Source of the DNA: an uncultured Gammaproteobacteria bacterium
Lineage (GTDB): Bacteria; Patescibacteriota; Microgenomatia; UBA12405; JAHJSD01
NCBI GenBank assembly: GCA_964547295.1
Contig: CAZJMH010000003.1
Coordinates: 9,318 to 33,317, forward strand
Length of the DNA: 24,000 bases
Direction: 5' to 3'
In this document: positions 1 to 8,667 of the stretch, piece after piece
Position numbering within the stretch: position 1 is the first letter of the stretch
How the letters are laid out: every line of letters starts with the position of its first letter
Made by a program: the position numbers and the translations under genes
The notes under the pieces: generated by a model
Database searches by the model: none
What the model saw: the letters and a program-made list of their open reading frames with translations, nothing else
What the model was told of the DNA's origin: nothing

Positions 1-20
1 ACTCGCGCTAGTTAAGAGAA

Positions 21-539
21 ATGAATAAAACTGTATGGATTGTGAGTTTACCAGATGGATCTAAAAGCTTGGTTAAAACCGGCCAAAAAGTATTGTCAGG
101 TGATATTTTGGCTGAAAAAGGAAATAGAGAAATCAAGTCGCCTGTCCAAGGTCAGGTAAAAGAGATAGAGGAGAATAAAATTCATCTTGAGTTTAAATCA
201 AAAAAAGTATCTGGTCAAGGTTTGAATAATAAAAATAATTGGGGTGAAATAAAATGGCAGCCAAAAATTAATTACGGTCAATTATCTGTTGATTACCAGG
301 GCCAAATAATTGTTTTAGGAGCAGAAGAGCTTACTTCTTACTTTATATCTAAAGCGCAGACATTAGGGATTAGAGGTTTAATTGTTTTTGGTGGCCGGCC
401 TAATCTTGAAAAGACTTCCATTCCGATTCTAATAGTTGATAAGCCAAAAGCAAAGTTGATAAAAAAAATAGATGGAGTAAAATGCTTGTTAGATGCCAGC
501 AGTGATTGCTTGTTAATACCAGAGAGGGCTGAAGGCTGA
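21..539 (+). CDS. hypothetical protein (172 aa), first gene of a co-directional cluster with two proteases
   Basis: ATG-initiated ORF with a TGA stop 22 nt before the next gene. The N-terminal segment GQKVLSGDILAE...SPVQGQVKEI looks like a barrel-sandwich (lipoyl/biotinyl-like) hybrid motif. No catalytic motif recognised. Confidence 0.6.
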   Translation: MNKTVWIVSLPDGSKSLVKTGQKVLSGDILAEKGNREIKSPVQGQVKEIEENKIHLEFKSKKVSGQGLNNKNNWGEIKWQPKINYGQLSVDYQGQIIVLGAEELTSYFISKAQTLGIRGLIVFGGRPNLEKTSIPILIVDKPKAKLIKKIDGVKCLLDASSDCLLIPERAEG

Positions 540-561
540 ATGCTAAAGGTTTAATGCTGTA

Positions 562-1818
562 ATGGATAGAAAAAAATTATTTAAGAAAATAAGACATCTG
601 GTTTTAGTTTTATTTTTAGTAAGTCTTGCCGGCTATATCGGCTATTACTACGGAACGAAAAGATCAGGGCTTGATTACAAGGCTTACAATTCAGAAAACC
701 AACCGGCGGAACTTTCTAATTTTTGGCTGGTGTGGGGGAAATTAGAAGAAAAATATCTTGACAAAAGTGTTTTGGAACCTGAAAAAATGATCCAGGGTGC
801 GATATCCGGCATGGTTGATGCTCTTGGTGATCCTTATACTGTTTACCTGCCTCCTGAAGATAATGAAATCAGCCAGGAGAACCTCAGCGGCAGTTTTGGC
901 GGAATTGGTATTCGTTTGGGGTTTAAAGACAAGCGTTTGGCGGTTATTTCGCCGCTTAAAAATACACCAGCGGAAAAAGCCGGAATAGAAGCCGGTGATT
1001 ATATTTTAAAAATAACCGATGACAAGAATGATATTGATCAAACAACCGAAAAAATCAGTTTACCAGAAGCAGTAAAATTAATTCGAGGTGAGGTTGGCGA
1101 TAAGGTTGTATTAACCTTGAGCCGGGAATCAAGACCCGAACCTTTTGAGGTTGAGATTGTCCGTGGAAATATTGAAATACCCGCCTTAGAAACTGAGTGG
1201 ATGACTTCCGACGGTAAAAATTTCGGTTATGTTCATTTATTAAACTTTAGTGAAAGTATGACTTTGGAGTGGGATAAGTGGGTAGATCAGGTTGTCCAAA
1301 GAAACAATGATCCTGATTTTGGCGGTTTAATACTTGACCTTCGCAACAATCCCGGCGGTTATCTTAGCGGAGCGGTTTACGTTGCCGGTGAGTTTCTTCA
1401 ACGAGGTCAAACGGTTGTTTGGCAGGAAGATTATTTGGGAGCAAAACAAAAATTTGAAGTTCAACGGGCGGGAAGACTAATTGATATTCCTTTAGTTGTT
1501 TTAGTTAATCAGGGTTCGGCTTCAGCTTCAGAAATTTTAGCCGGCGCAATTAGACATTACGGCAAGGGTGAATTAGTTGGCACGTCTACTTTTGGCAAAG
1601 GAACAATCCAGGAGCCGGAACAACTGCCAGATAAATCGGGTTTGCATATTACTACCGCCCAATGGCTGCTTCCGGATGAGACTGTCCTTGACGAAGATGG
1701 GCTTGACCCGGATGTTGCAGTTGAAATTGCCGATAATGAGGATGTTATTGTTGAGGAAGATAGTGATAAAGATTTAATACTTGAAAAAGGGATTGAGTGG
1801 CTGAATGCTCAAGGCTGA
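562..1818 (+). CDS. ctpA: C-terminal processing peptidase, family S41 (Ctp/Prc-like), membrane-anchored with PDZ domain
   Basis: N-terminal TM helix (LVLVLFLVSLAGYIGYY). PDZ-like GGIGIRLG...AEKAGIEAGDYILKI. S41 hallmarks are present: RNNPGGYL, the catalytic Ser box NQGSASASEILAGA and the Lys box TFGKGT. Confidence 0.9.
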   Translation: MDRKKLFKKIRHLVLVLFLVSLAGYIGYYYGTKRSGLDYKAYNSENQPAELSNFWLVWGKLEEKYLDKSVLEPEKMIQGAISGMVDALGDPYTVYLPPEDNEISQENLSGSFGGIGIRLGFKDKRLAVISPLKNTPAEKAGIEAGDYILKITDDKNDIDQTTEKISLPEAVKLIRGEVGDKVVLTLSRESRPEPFEVEIVRGNIEIPALETEWMTSDGKNFGYVHLLNFSESMTLEWDKWVDQVVQRNNDPDFGGLILDLRNNPGGYLSGAVYVAGEFLQRGQTVVWQEDYLGAKQKFEVQRAGRLIDIPLVVLVNQGSASASEILAGAIRHYGKGELVGTSTFGKGTIQEPEQLPDKSGLHITTAQWLLPDETVLDEDGLDPDVAVEIADNEDVIVEEDSDKDLILEKGIEWLNAQG

Positions 1819-2979
1819 ATGTATAGTATGATGAAAAAAATAAAGTATTTTGTTGCTGGTTTCGGGATCGGCTTTTTACTTTTAATAGCGGTAATATTTG
1901 GCGGCATTGCTTCCCGGTTTGGTTGGCTAGGTTTTTTGGATCAAGTTTTTCCGGGTAAGACTGGTCAATTTGGTCAAGCCTATATTGAAAAAAAAGTTCT
2001 AAATGAAGAGTCGGTAATTATTGATGTTGTTGAAAAATCAGCTCCTTCAGTGGTTACAGTGTCAATAACCAAAACTGAGCAAGTTCCCCAGTTTAGGTTT
2101 GACCCTTTTGGTTTTTTTGATTTTGAAACCGAACAAAGGCAGATAGAAAGAAATATTGGTTCTGGTTTTGTTCCTAAAGAGGGGTTGGTAATTACTAATA
2201 AACATGTAGTTTCTGATCGAACGGCAACTTATAGAATAATCGACCAAAATGGAGATGTTTTTGAAGTGGAAAATATTTACCGCGATCCGTCAAATGATTT
2301 AGCAATTTTAAAGGTTGAAGCAAATATTCCTTCAATTGAACTTGGTGATTCAGATGAATTGCAAGTAGGTCAATTGGTAGTAGCTATTGGAACAGCATTA
2401 GGTGAGTTTCGGCATACAGTGACAACCGGGGTGATTTCTGGTTTGGGTCGTGGAATTACTGCCGGGTCAATTTATGAGGGCTATGTTGAGCGTTTAGATA
2501 ATGTAATTCAAACTGATGCCGCTATTAATCCTGGTAATTCTGGTGGCCCATTAATAAATTCAGTTGGTCAGGTTATTGGAGTCAATGTAGCTGTTGCTGG
2601 ACAGGCGGAGAACATTGGTTTTGCAATTCCAATAGAAGTGGTTAAAGAAAGTCTTCAGATATTTGAAGAAACTGGCGAATTTCAGCGTGCTTTTTTAGGA
2701 GTAGAGTACCAAATGATTTCCAGAGAGTCAGCTTTGCTTAACGAGGTCCCCCAAGGGGCTTATATACGGAGTGTTGTTCCAGATTCTGCCGCAGATCGTG
2801 GTGGTCTTCGGTCCGGCGATATAATTACTGAAATTGATGAAAAACGCATAGCAGAGGATGCAAATGATATTGGTCAAATAATTAATAAAAAGAAAGTTGG
2901 CGAAAATATTAAAATAAAATACTGGCGCGAAGGAGAAGAGGAGACAGTTTCCGCCGAATTGGGCGAAAGTATGTTATAA
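1819..2979 (+). CDS. htrA: HtrA/DegP-family trypsin-like serine protease with C-terminal PDZ domain
   Basis: TM anchor, then triad contexts TNKHVV (His), SNDLAILKV (Asp) and [14 protein letters not shown] (Ser). PDZ-like [28 protein letters not shown]. The ATG directly abuts the preceding stop (TGAATG). Confidence 0.9.
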   Translation: MYSMMKKIKYFVAGFGIGFLLLIAVIFGGIASRFGWLGFLDQVFPGKTGQFGQAYIEKKVLNEESVIIDVVEKSAPSVVTVSITKTEQVPQFRFDPFGFFDFETEQRQIERNIGSGFVPKEGLVITNKHVVSDRTATYRIIDQNGDVFEVENIYRDPSNDLAILKVEANIPSIELGDSDELQVGQLVVAIGTALGEFRHTVTTGVISGLGRGITAGSIYEGYVERLDNVIQTDAAINPGNSGGPLINSVGQVIGVNVAVAGQAENIGFAIPIEVVKESLQIFEETGEFQRAFLGVEYQMISRESALLNEVPQGAYIRSVVPDSAADRGGLRSGDIITEIDEKRIAEDANDIGQIINKKKVGENIKIKYWREGEEETVSAELGESML

Positions 2980-2990
2980 TTGCAATCGTT

Positions 2991-3260
2991 ATGAAACAAG
3001 GAATTCACCCTAAATACCATGATCAAGTGAAGGTGACTTGCGCCTGTGGAAATACATTTACCACTGGTTCAACTTTGCCAAAAATCGAGGTCGAGATTTG
3101 CTCGGCTTGTCATCCCTTTTTTACTGGTGAAACTAAGTATATTGATACAGAAGGAAGAATTGAAAGATTTGAGCGGAAAAGAAAAATGGCCAAGGGCGAA
3201 AAGCTAAAGCCTAAAGGCTCAATGCCCAAGGTCAAAGGCGAGAAAGAAAAAGAAAGATAA
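2991..3260 (+). CDS. rpmE: 50S ribosomal protein L31 (Zn-ribbon type) with Lys-rich C-terminal tail
   Basis: MKQGIHPKY start, CxC...CxxCHPFFTG cysteine motif and TEGRIERF are all typical of L31. Confidence 0.93.
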   Translation: MKQGIHPKYHDQVKVTCACGNTFTTGSTLPKIEVEICSACHPFFTGETKYIDTEGRIERFERKRKMAKGEKLKPKGSMPKVKGEKEKER

Positions 3261-3309
3261 AAAATCTTCTAATGACAATTAAACAATTTAGCCATTAATC
3301 ATTTATTCT

Positions 3310-3990
3310 ATGAATATAAATCCGAACATCGCTATTTTAGAAATCCAGCCGGGTGCCGGCGGAACTGAGGCCAGAATTTGGGCAAAAGACCTTTTTCGAA
3401 TGTATTTAAACTATGCTAAATCTAAAGGTTGGAAAGTTGGTAAAATTGATGAAAACAAACTGCAGATTGTCGGTCGGAATGCTTTTCAAAATCTAAAATC
3501 TGAAACCGGAACCCACCGGGTTCAGCGTGTTCCGGAGACAGAAAAACACGATCGGATTCATACTTCAACTGCGGTTGTTGTTGTTTTGCCAAAAGTTTCG
3601 GCTAATCCAAAAGAAATAAGAGAGGAGGATTTAGAATGGAGTTTTTTCCGTTCCGGCGGTCACGGCGGCCAGAACGTCAACAAAGTTTCCACTGCTGTTC
3701 GTTTAACCCACCGTCCGTCGGGGATAACGGTTGAGTGCCAAAAAGAGAGAAGCCAGCAGAAAAACAGACAAATTGCTTTAAATTTACTTGCCTCTCAGCT
3801 TTGGCAGAGAGCACAGAAAAAAAAACAAGGTTTTGTCGGTCAAATACGACAAAATGCTGGGTCCGGCCGACGGTCGGACAAAATCCGAACATATAACTAT
3901 CAGCAGAACCGGGTAACCGATCACCGGACCAATAAAAAATCCCGCCAGCTGGAAGAAATTCTCGACGGCAATCTTGATTTAGTTAAATAA
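3310..3990 (+). CDS. prfA: class-I peptide chain release factor, RF1-like, lacking N-terminal domain 1 (226 aa)
   Basis: GGQ motif (SGGHGGQNVNKV). RF1-type codon-recognition context HRVQRVPETEKHDRIHTS (PxT position reads PET). RF1 C-terminal block RSDKIRTYNYQQNRVTDHR. The protein begins at the equivalent of E. coli RF1 residue ~105 ([15 protein letters not shown] vs NIAILEIQPGAGGTEA). An in-frame TAG at 3289-3291 excludes a longer N-terminus. Confidence 0.8.
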   Translation: MNINPNIAILEIQPGAGGTEARIWAKDLFRMYLNYAKSKGWKVGKIDENKLQIVGRNAFQNLKSETGTHRVQRVPETEKHDRIHTSTAVVVVLPKVSANPKEIREEDLEWSFFRSGGHGGQNVNKVSTAVRLTHRPSGITVECQKERSQQKNRQIALNLLASQLWQRAQKKKQGFVGQIRQNAGSGRRSDKIRTYNYQQNRVTDHRTNKKSRQLEEILDGNLDLVK

Positions 3991-4067
3991 GGTTTTATCC
4001 GATAACAACTTCAATTATTATCTTCAACTATTATCCTACGATCGGACTACGATAGTTAATACTTGAT

Positions 4068-5318
4068 TTATTTTTGAAGTTTAAAGATTGCCTCTTTTAT
4101 TGAAAGTGTTTTTTGTTTGCCGCTGGACATGTTTTTAAGGGCGACAACATCTTTTTTATCTTCTTCTGGACCGATGATTACCACCCAGGGAATCTTTTTT
4201 TGGTTAGCATACTGTAACTGCTTGTCCAGACGTTCATCAGTATCTAAATAAACCTCTGTATTTAGTTTATTTTTTCTCAGCTCTTGAGCTGTTTTAAATG
4301 ATTTTTCTTTTAATTCTGATGAAAAAACTGTAACTAAAACTTTAGTTAGACTAGTATTAAGTTCCGGCCATAGGTTTTGACTGCGGATGACTTCAACTAA
4401 TCTTTCAAGTCCATATGAAAATCCAGTTCCAGTGATATCTGGACCGCCGATTTGGCTAACTAAATTATCATATCGGCCGCCGCCGCCGATAGATCCGATG
4501 TTTGGCTTGGTAACCACTGCTTCAAAAACTGGACCAGTGTAATAATCCAATCCTCGAACTAAGCTAGGGTTGAATTGATAGTAATTTTCTTTGACTCCGC
4601 TTTTCTGGAGAAATTTAAAAATTAAGTTTAGATTGTCATTTGGGGTTAATTTGTCTAGTTTTCGAAAAACTTTTTTTATTAATTCTGGCGCAAACCCTTT
4701 GCTCTTTAACTCCTCGGCAACTGTTTTTTTGCTTTTTTTATCTAATTTATCTATTGACTGAAGGATAGACATTTGCTGTTTATTATCGGTTATTTTAATT
4801 TGGTTGAAAAGTTGACTTAATAATTTTCGATCATTGATTTCTATCGAAAATTTATCAAAACCCAATTTTTTTAAAGCGGTGTAAACGATTAAAATTATTT
4901 CGGCGTCGGCTAGGGGAGAGGCGAGCCCAAAAATATCAATATCGCATTGGGTAAATTCCCGGTAGCGGTTGCGTTGAGGTTTTTCCGCTCGATAAACATT
5001 TTGTATTTGATAGCGTTTAAATGGGTAGTTTATTTCGTTTTGGTGACTAGCAAGAAAACGAGCAACGGGAACAGTTAAGTCATATCTTAAACCAATTTTT
5101 CGTTCACCTAGGTCTTTAAAAGTATAAACTAATTTATCTGTTTCTTGACCATACTTATTTAGTAAAATTTGAGCATATTCTAAACTGGGAGTTTCTATTG
5201 GCTGGAAACCAAATGATTCAAACGTTTTGCGCAGGATGGTAATTACTTTTTGGCGAATAACTGCCTCCTCCGGCATAATATCGCGAAATCCTTTAAGCGT
5301 TTGTTGTTTTGATGACAT
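4068..5318 (-). CDS. hisS: histidine--tRNA ligase (class IIa)
   Basis: LRYDLTVPVARF (HisA box), motif 2 YRAEKPQRNRYREFTQCDIDIFG, motif 3 region GGGRYDNL, and a C-terminal anticodon-binding domain (VLVTVFS...IPWVVIIGPEE). Confidence 0.93.
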   Translation of the reverse strand: MSSKQQTLKGFRDIMPEEAVIRQKVITILRKTFESFGFQPIETPSLEYAQILLNKYGQETDKLVYTFKDLGERKIGLRYDLTVPVARFLASHQNEINYPFKRYQIQNVYRAEKPQRNRYREFTQCDIDIFGLASPLADAEIILIVYTALKKLGFDKFSIEINDRKLLSQLFNQIKITDNKQQMSILQSIDKLDKKSKKTVAEELKSKGFAPELIKKVFRKLDKLTPNDNLNLIFKFLQKSGVKENYYQFNPSLVRGLDYYTGPVFEAVVTKPNIGSIGGGGRYDNLVSQIGGPDITGTGFSYGLERLVEVIRSQNLWPELNTSLTKVLVTVFSSELKEKSFKTAQELRKNKLNTEVYLDTDERLDKQLQYANQKKIPWVVIIGPEEDKKDVVALKNMSSGKQKTLSIKEAIFKLQK

Positions 5319-5336
5319 AGTTTATATTTTAGCAGA

Positions 5337-6056
5337 TTATTCTTTTTCTGGTTGGTCAGAAGAGGGGGTCGGTGTTGGCTCTAGGGGAGTAATAACTAAT
5401 AGTTCATCTACTTGATAGGTAGCTGTATTTCCGTCAGTAGGAGAAATTACGGCAGCTATTTTTTGTTCTGGAACTAAATCCTGGTATTCAATTTCTTCAA
5501 TTTCTCCATTGAGACGTTGTTTTAGAGTGGACTTTTCATTAAAAATTAACTCATAGCTTTGGTCGGTATTTTTAACTAGAATAATTTCATCCTGGGCGGC
5601 TGTTTCAGAAATTTCCCCGAAAATTGGTTGTCGGTTATCATCTTCTTTTTCATTGGTGATTACTACACGTTTGGCATCTAAGGAGCCGTCTATTTGAACC
5701 TCTCCCATAGCGATAACCCGTTGACCTATTTCCAAGTTTTCTAAACTTATGGTCTGCCGGTTTTGATTGATTATTACGGCTTGGTCGTTTAGAGTGACGC
5801 TTCTATCTTCTCCATTGGTTTCTATCTCAAATCCAATCGTATTTACTTGAGTTATTTTTCCAACCCAACCGCGTCTTTCCTGCTTATTAATAATTTCGTC
5901 TAATTTAGTTTTAACACTCTCTTCAATTTGCTTTCTAATATCTTCAATTTTCTCTCCAGCCACGGCAGGAGTAGGTGTTTGAGCGTTTAAATTAAAAGGC
6001 AGAGAAAAGGCTGCTGCCAATCCAAAAATAATGATGAGAAACAATTTATTAATCAT
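5337..6056 (-). CDS. secreted hypothetical protein with two internally repeated ~70-aa beta-rich modules
   Basis: Signal peptide MINKLFLIIIFGLAAAFSLPFNLNAQ. Two similar modules (GKITQVNTIGFEIE...AKRVVI and GEISETAAQDEIILV...VDELLVI). Pro/Thr-rich ends (TPTPAV, EPTPTPSS). Confidence 0.7.
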   Translation of the reverse strand: MINKLFLIIIFGLAAAFSLPFNLNAQTPTPAVAGEKIEDIRKQIEESVKTKLDEIINKQERRGWVGKITQVNTIGFEIETNGEDRSVTLNDQAVIINQNRQTISLENLEIGQRVIAMGEVQIDGSLDAKRVVITNEKEDDNRQPIFGEISETAAQDEIILVKNTDQSYELIFNEKSTLKQRLNGEIEEIEYQDLVPEQKIAAVISPTDGNTATYQVDELLVITPLEPTPTPSSDQPEKE

Positions 6057-6061
6057 ATATA

Positions 6062-6508
6062 TTAAAATTTAGCAGTAGAATAGGTTACTGTCAAGGTTTG
6101 GGTAGCCTTGTTACCTTGATTATCATAGGCAGAAATATTAATTATGTTTTCACCTCCGATCAGGTTAATCTCTGTTTGAAATTCACCGTTTTCGTCAGCG
6201 ACAAGAATTTCCTGGCCTTCTTCCCAAATAACAATTACGGTAGCATTAACCTGTGTTTTTCCGTTTAAAATTATATTTTCCTGGGAAGATATAATTTCGT
6301 TTTCTGGTTGAATAATATTAAGGGATATATCCTTTTCTGACTCGTTTGGTTCGTTTACTGCCTGTTCAGCTTTTGTTGGGGCAGGGGAGGGTTGAGAATT
6401 TGCTAAATCTGAAACTGTGCCTTTGTTATTCCTAAGCCAAAAAAAGGCGCTTAATCCAAAGCCGATTAATATACCGATAAAAATTGTTATCCCCAATTCT
6501 TTTTTCAT
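6062..6508 (-). CDS. membrane-anchored hypothetical protein with Ig-like beta-sandwich C-terminal domain
   Basis: The ORF-track start at 6547 is a TTG. The ATG at 6506-6508 gives MKKELGITIFIGILIGFGLSAFFWL (TM anchor). The C-terminal pattern NGKTQVNATVIV...ADENGEFQTEINLIGGENIINISAYDNQGN...TVTY is typical of bacterial Ig-like domains. Confidence 0.65.
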   Translation of the reverse strand: MKKELGITIFIGILIGFGLSAFFWLRNNKGTVSDLANSQPSPAPTKAEQAVNEPNESEKDISLNIIQPENEIISSQENIILNGKTQVNATVIVIWEEGQEILVADENGEFQTEINLIGGENIINISAYDNQGNKATQTLTVTYSTAKF

Positions 6509-6638
6509 CCTTAGTCTAATGATATGAAAAGCCAGGCAGCCTGTCAAGCAGGAGTTTTGATAGTTTTTGATATATTATGATTGGGTCGCTTATCAACATC
6601 TTGTTATCTTAGTTTAATAATGTTAAGATTTAAATGTT

Positions 6639-7187
6639 ATGTTAACCGTTAAATATCCCAATAAAAACTTTTTCCGAATTCGAATAAAGCATTCATATCT
6701 AGGTTTTGGAATACCAGATAATAAAATAAAAGTAGATATTATTTTGCCTTTTAGCGGTAAAAAAGTGAACTTAAATAAAGTTAAGGCCAAAAATAGAAAA
6801 CAATCTTTTATAATCCCAGGACCAGGGGAATATGAAATTGGAGGCACTCAAATTTCATACATTGGTGACGGTTATTGGCAAATAAGTGCAGACGGTTGGA
6901 GATTGTGTTACCTTTCTGGCCAGTGGAAGAAGCCAACAGCAAAAAAGGTTGATCAACTAGGTCAGCTGGATTTGATTTTTCTTAGTTTGGAGGGGAGCAA
7001 AAAAGAAGCAAAAAAGGCCGTAGAAAGTGTAAAAAGACTTTCACCAAAAGGAGTAGTTTTTGGCTATGATGCCGGAAAAGAGTTTTTGGATAAAATAGAC
7101 CGGGAAGATATAGAGCCGACTAAAAAAGCAAAACTAAAACAAAGTGATTTAAGTGAAGAGAGCACTGATTATTTTGGACTTAAATAA
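6639..7187 (+). CDS. hypothetical protein (182 aa) immediately upstream of dnaB
   Basis: ATG ORF ending 6 nt before dnaB. The PGPGEYEIGG...LDLIFLSLEG segment is faintly reminiscent of MBL-fold hydrolases, but no HxHxDH metal motif is present. No function assigned. Confidence 0.6.
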   Translation: MLTVKYPNKNFFRIRIKHSYLGFGIPDNKIKVDIILPFSGKKVNLNKVKAKNRKQSFIIPGPGEYEIGGTQISYIGDGYWQISADGWRLCYLSGQWKKPTAKKVDQLGQLDLIFLSLEGSKKEAKKAVESVKRLSPKGVVFGYDAGKEFLDKIDREDIEPTKKAKLKQSDLSEESTDYFGLK

Positions 7188-7193
7188 AAAATC

Positions 7194-8516
7194 ATGCCGG
7201 GAAGAATGTCACCTCAAAAACTAAAAATCCCGCCTAATTCTAAGGAGGCAGAAACTTCAGTTCTAGGCTCAATTCTGATTGATAAAGATGCAATAGTAGA
7301 AGTAGCAGATATTTTATCCTCAGAATGTTTTTATGAAACAGCACATCAAAATATTTTTGAAACCGCTTTAGAGTTATATGAAGAAAGAGTCCCGATTGAT
7401 TTAGTAACCATGTCAGAGCGGATGAAGCAGAAGAAAAAGCTTGATAAAATTGGAGGAAGGTCTTATTTGTCTAAACTAGTTAATTCTGTTCCTACTTCGG
7501 CTCATGCTGTTTCTTATGCTCAAATAGTTAAGGACCTTTACACTAAGCGAGAATTGGCTGCTGCTTCGGCTGAAATAAATGAGGTAGCTTTTAATGACGA
7601 AGTTGATGCTGATGAAGCTTTAGACAGGGCTGAGCAGGAAATTTTTTCTTTAAGCCAACAGCATTTAAAGAAAATTCCGACTTCTTTGCGTGAGGCATTA
7701 GCAGAAAGTTTTGATCGTTTGGATGAGTTGCAAAAGCGAGCTGATGGATTACGTGGAGTTCCCAGTGGCTTTTCAGATTTGGACGATTATTTAGCTGGAT
7801 TTCAGGATAGCAATTTAATTATCTTAGCTGCTCGGCCAGGAGTGGGTAAAACTGCTTGGGCTTTGAATATTGCCCGGTATGTATCCGTTGAAAAGAAATT
7901 GCCCACTTGTTTTTTTTCATTGGAAATGAGTAAGGAGGAGTTGGTCGACCGATTATTGGTTCGCCAGGCAGATATTGATGCCTGGAAAATGAAGACCGGA
8001 CAGCTTGACGACAAGGATTTATCTGGCCTATCAGAGGCAATGGGAGTTTTAGCTGAAGCCCCATTATATATTGATGATACACCGGGTTTAAATATTTTAC
8101 AGATTAGAACCAAGGCCAGACGATTGCAAATAGAAAAGGGTTTGGACTTGATTATTGTTGATTATTTACAGTTAATGCATTCTCGCCGGCGTTGGGACAG
8201 CCGAGTTCAAGAGGTTTCAGATATTTCTCAAGGCTTAAAAAATCTCGCCCGGGAATTGAAGGTTCCTGTTTTAGCTTTATCTCAACTTTCTCGAGCAGTA
8301 GAAAAAAGAGGCGGTAATCGGCCTCGATTAGCAGATTTAAGAGAAAGCGGGAGTATAGAGCAAGATGCTGATGTAGTTATGTTTTTGTATCGGGACGACG
8401 AAGAAAACAGGGAGTTGGTTAATTGCGATATTGCTAAGCATCGAAATGGACCAGTTGGTCAATTTGAACTTTACTTTAATCCTAAAAAAGTTAGCTTTTT
8501 TGGAGTTAAAAAATAA
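7194..8516 (+). CDS. dnaB: replicative DNA helicase DnaB
   Basis: N-terminal PPNSKEAETSVLGSILID. Walker A AARPGVGKTAWALN, Walker B LIIVDYLQLM, SQLSRAVE and RESGSIEQDADVV motifs. No intein-sized insertion. Confidence 0.95.
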   Translation: MPGRMSPQKLKIPPNSKEAETSVLGSILIDKDAIVEVADILSSECFYETAHQNIFETALELYEERVPIDLVTMSERMKQKKKLDKIGGRSYLSKLVNSVPTSAHAVSYAQIVKDLYTKRELAAASAEINEVAFNDEVDADEALDRAEQEIFSLSQQHLKKIPTSLREALAESFDRLDELQKRADGLRGVPSGFSDLDDYLAGFQDSNLIILAARPGVGKTAWALNIARYVSVEKKLPTCFFSLEMSKEELVDRLLVRQADIDAWKMKTGQLDDKDLSGLSEAMGVLAEAPLYIDDTPGLNILQIRTKARRLQIEKGLDLIIVDYLQLMHSRRRWDSRVQEVSDISQGLKNLARELKVPVLALSQLSRAVEKRGGNRPRLADLRESGSIEQDADVVMFLYRDDEENRELVNCDIAKHRNGPVGQFELYFNPKKVSFFGVKK

Positions 8517-8532
8517 GCTTTCTAAAATAATG

Positions 8533-8618
8533 TGCCGCGAGCCGGAGTTGAACCGGCACGAGGGGTAAACCTCACAGGTTTTTGAGACCTGCGTGTCTTC
8601 CAATTCCACCATCGCGGC
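8533..8618 (-). tRNA. tRNA-Leu(CAA), class II with long variable arm, no encoded CCA
   Basis: The reverse complement folds by hand into a cloverleaf. Acceptor GCCGCGA/TCGCGGC. D-arm GTG-GAATTGGAAGA-CAC. Anticodon stem CAGGT/ACCTG with loop CTCAAAA (U33, anticodon CAA, A37). Variable arm GAGG..CCTC. T-arm GCCGG-TTCAACT-CCGGC. Discriminator A. Confidence 0.93.
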
Positions 8619-8631
8619 TGGGTAGTCTATT

Positions 8632-8660
8632 TTATCATATATCTAGCCACGTGATATAAT
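8632..8660 (+). promoter_or_regulatory. putative sigma70-type promoter giving a leaderless or near-leaderless mRNA for the 8668 gene
   Basis: TTATCA (8632-8637), a 17-nt spacer, then the extended -10 TGATATAAT (8652-8660). The -10 ends only 7 nt before the ATG at 8668, and no SD lies between them. Confidence 0.35.
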
Positions 8661-8667
8661 CACCAAA

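Noticed and set aside
3261-3330. An RF2-style programmed +1 frameshift, or an upstream exon, explaining the short release factor.
   Set aside because: Only 49 nt separate the rpmE stop from the ATG. An in-frame TAG lies at 3289, there is no CUU UGA slippery context, and the protein is RF1-like rather than RF2-like.
3995-4005. Shared short motifs between intergenic regions: TTATCCGATA at 3995 and 12829, TTAGTGATTAGT at 13398 and 23426, and AAGGCTGAATG at 531 and 1808.
   Set aside because: By rough estimate, tens to hundreds of identical 10-12-mers are expected by chance in 24 kb of this composition. They are not significant on their own.
3991-4067. A bidirectional intrinsic terminator between the convergent prfA and hisS.
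   Set aside because: Only short imperfect stems are present (AACTAT/ATAGTT around direct CTACGAT repeats), with no U-tract on either strand. I cannot support a terminator call.
7802-8113. Antisense ORFs inside dnaB (7802-8113 and 7819-8082). Similar shadow ORFs lie inside ctpA (797-988, 1577-1777), htrA (2062-2247), prfA (3677-3892), hisS (5227-5415), the RluA-family gene (9607-9822), gyrA (16509-16805, 16792-17001), gyrB (18709-18981), tyrS (21445-21672) and the GH130-like genes (22456-22656, 22878-23066, 23433-23633).
   Set aside because: Each is fully embedded in a confidently identified conserved gene, in another frame or on the other strand. Their composition is low-complexity, stop-poor and mirror-frame, and they have no motifs.
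8337-8612. A 91-aa minus-strand ORF spanning the dnaB 3' end and the tRNA-Leu gene.
   Set aside because: It overlaps a well-folding tRNA and the dnaB coding region, so it is a spurious read-through frame.
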